Made by a program: the position numbers and the translations under genes. Under the pieces are notes generated by a model, which was not told where the DNA came from, ran no database searches, and worked only from the letters and a program-made list of their open reading frames with translations. A stretch of 45,757 bases of DNA from Dehalococcoidia bacterium. GTDB lineage: Bacteria; Chloroflexota; Dehalococcoidia; JAUQQI01. Each line of letters begins with the position of its first letter. Within the stretch, counting starts at the first letter, position 1. Below, piece after piece: positions 45,051 to 45,757 of this stretch. The stretch is taken from contig DAOUCL010000123.1 in the NCBI GenBank assembly GCA_034432015.1, positions 1 to 45,757 on the forward strand, given 5' to 3'.

Positions 45051-45757
45051 GATTTCCGGCCCGGCCCAGGTCGATGCTGGTCCTTAAGCCCTGCTGTCTC
45101 GGCGACGTCCTGGCCGCCACCGCCCTGGTCCGGGAACTGCGCCTCAACTTTCCGGAGGCCCGGCTGGACTTTGCCGTCGGCCGCTGGTCCCGGCCTGCCG
45201 TCGAAACAAACCCCCGGGTCGACGGGCTTATCGACTGCGGCCGGGTGGGAAGCGGCCGCTATTCCCCGGCCGAGTATTTTGACCTGATCCGCCGGATTCG
45301 GGCCCGCCGCTACGAGGTCTGCTTCGTCCCCGAACGGTCGGCGTGGCTCACCATGATTCCCTGGCTGGCCGGAATTCCGGTTCGGGTTGGGATCGACAGC
45401 GGCGGCCGGGGCTTCAGCCTGACGGTGAAGGTCCGCTGGCGGCCGCCCCGCAACGAGGCCGAGCTTTACCTGGACCTGCTCCGGGCGGTGGGGATCGAGC
45501 CCCGCAACCCCCGCATCGAATTCTTTCCCCGGGATGAGGACCGGGCCTGGGCCCGGCAAGTCTTGGGGCCGGCGCGGCCGCGGGTAGTTCTCCAGCCGGG
45601 GGGCGGGGTGAATCCGGGGATGGTCCTGCCGGCCAAAAGGTGGCCGCCCGACCGGTTTGTGGAGGTGGGCCGGCGGGTCCTGGGACTGGGCGGCACCGTG
45701 GTAATCATCGGCACCGCCTGGGACCGGGCGGCGGTCGTGCCCGTTTTCCGGCGGCTG
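45047..45757 (+). CDS. Glycosyltransferase family 9 (heptosyltransferase-like), paralog 4, 3' end outside the window
   Basis: My own translation from the ATG at 45047 (ATGA overlap with the fabZ stop) gives [42 protein letters not shown]...[12 protein letters not shown]. It is open to the window end and therefore absent from the ORF track. Confidence 0.8.
   Translation, partial: MRFPARPRSMLVLKPCCLGDVLAATALVRELRLNFPEARLDFAVGRWSRPAVETNPRVDGLIDCGRVGSGRYSPAEYFDLIRRIRARRYEVCFVPERSAWLTMIPWLAGIPVRVGIDSGGRGFSLTVKVRWRPPRNEAELYLDLLRAVGIEPRNPRIEFFPRDEDRAWARQVLGPARPRVVLQPGGGVNPGMVLPAKRWPPDRFVEVGRRVLGLGGTVVIIGTAWDRAAVVPVFRRL

Noticed and set aside
1-45757. Mobile elements, prophage, CRISPR arrays, toxin-antitoxin or defence islands, and tRNA or rRNA genes.
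   Set aside because: - I recognised no transposase, integrase, recombinase or Cas-like ORF.
- I saw no regularly spaced direct repeats.
- I saw no T-loop (GGTTCGAATCC-like) in any intergenic gap, although I only scanned these gaps by eye.
- No gap other than 11.9-12.25 kb, 20.8-21.1 kb, 25.5-26.0 kb and 28.2-28.4 kb is long enough to hold an RNA gene.
- Composition looks uniform across the window by eye, so there is no sign of a horizontally acquired island.

Overview
Very GC-rich (by eye about two-thirds G+C), tightly packed bacterial chromosomal window. About 50 protein genes sit on both strands, many with 1-4 nt start/stop overlaps, and most start codons have strong GGAGG-type ribosome-binding sites. 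I found no rRNA, tRNA, CRISPR array, transposase, integrase or phage gene.

The content is mostly housekeeping and metabolism:
- DNA, RNA and chromosome functions: UvrB, a CysRS-like ligase, a CsaA-like tRNA-binding protein, MtaB, ScpB and RimI.
- Stress, cofactor and nucleotide functions: MoxR+DUF58, MazG, NifS/IscS+ErpA, a NUDIX hydrolase, CinA, free-Met-R-sulfoxide reductase and ferritin.
- Carbon and nitrogen metabolism: an oligopeptide-type ABC permease pair followed by an agmatinase fragment, an HpcH aldolase, glycerate kinase, an MmgE/PrpD protein, glycolate oxidase GlcDEF and an M20 peptidase.
- Envelope and signalling functions: CdsA, a GGDEF cyclase and FabZ.
- An RNase Y-YmdB-SpoVS block, whose gene order is typical of Firmicutes-like (Terrabacteria) lineages.

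Items that deserve a second look:
1. A roughly 490 bp gene-free gap (25.54-26.03 kb). It carries a near-consensus sigma70 promoter on the minus strand driving a densely nested, GNRA-tetraloop-rich structured RNA of about 330 nt that I cannot assign to any RNA family by signature motifs.
2. A serine-palmitoyltransferase-like alpha-oxoamine synthase translationally coupled to an SDR reductase, abutting a membrane glycosyltransferase with a QxxRW motif. This could be a long-chain-base or glycolipid module.
3. A seven-gene translationally coupled operon: ADH-SixA-three GT9 heptosyltransferase paralogs-Zn-ribbon membrane protein-heptose-7-phosphate kinase. A fourth GT9 gene is fused to the fabZ stop codon.
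4. An orphan intrinsic terminator inside a structured, G-rich 380 bp leader upstream of the Fe-S genes.
5. An ORF below the track's reporting size encoding a Lys/Arg-rich, bS22-like peptide with its own strong promoter.
6. A DnaC/DnaI-like protein whose Walker A and Walker B motifs are both ablated.
7. A CysRS lacking the C-terminal anticodon-binding extension, placed next to a free-standing tRNA-binding domain gene.

Many long antisense or shadow ORFs in the track are GC-composition artefacts and were rejected.
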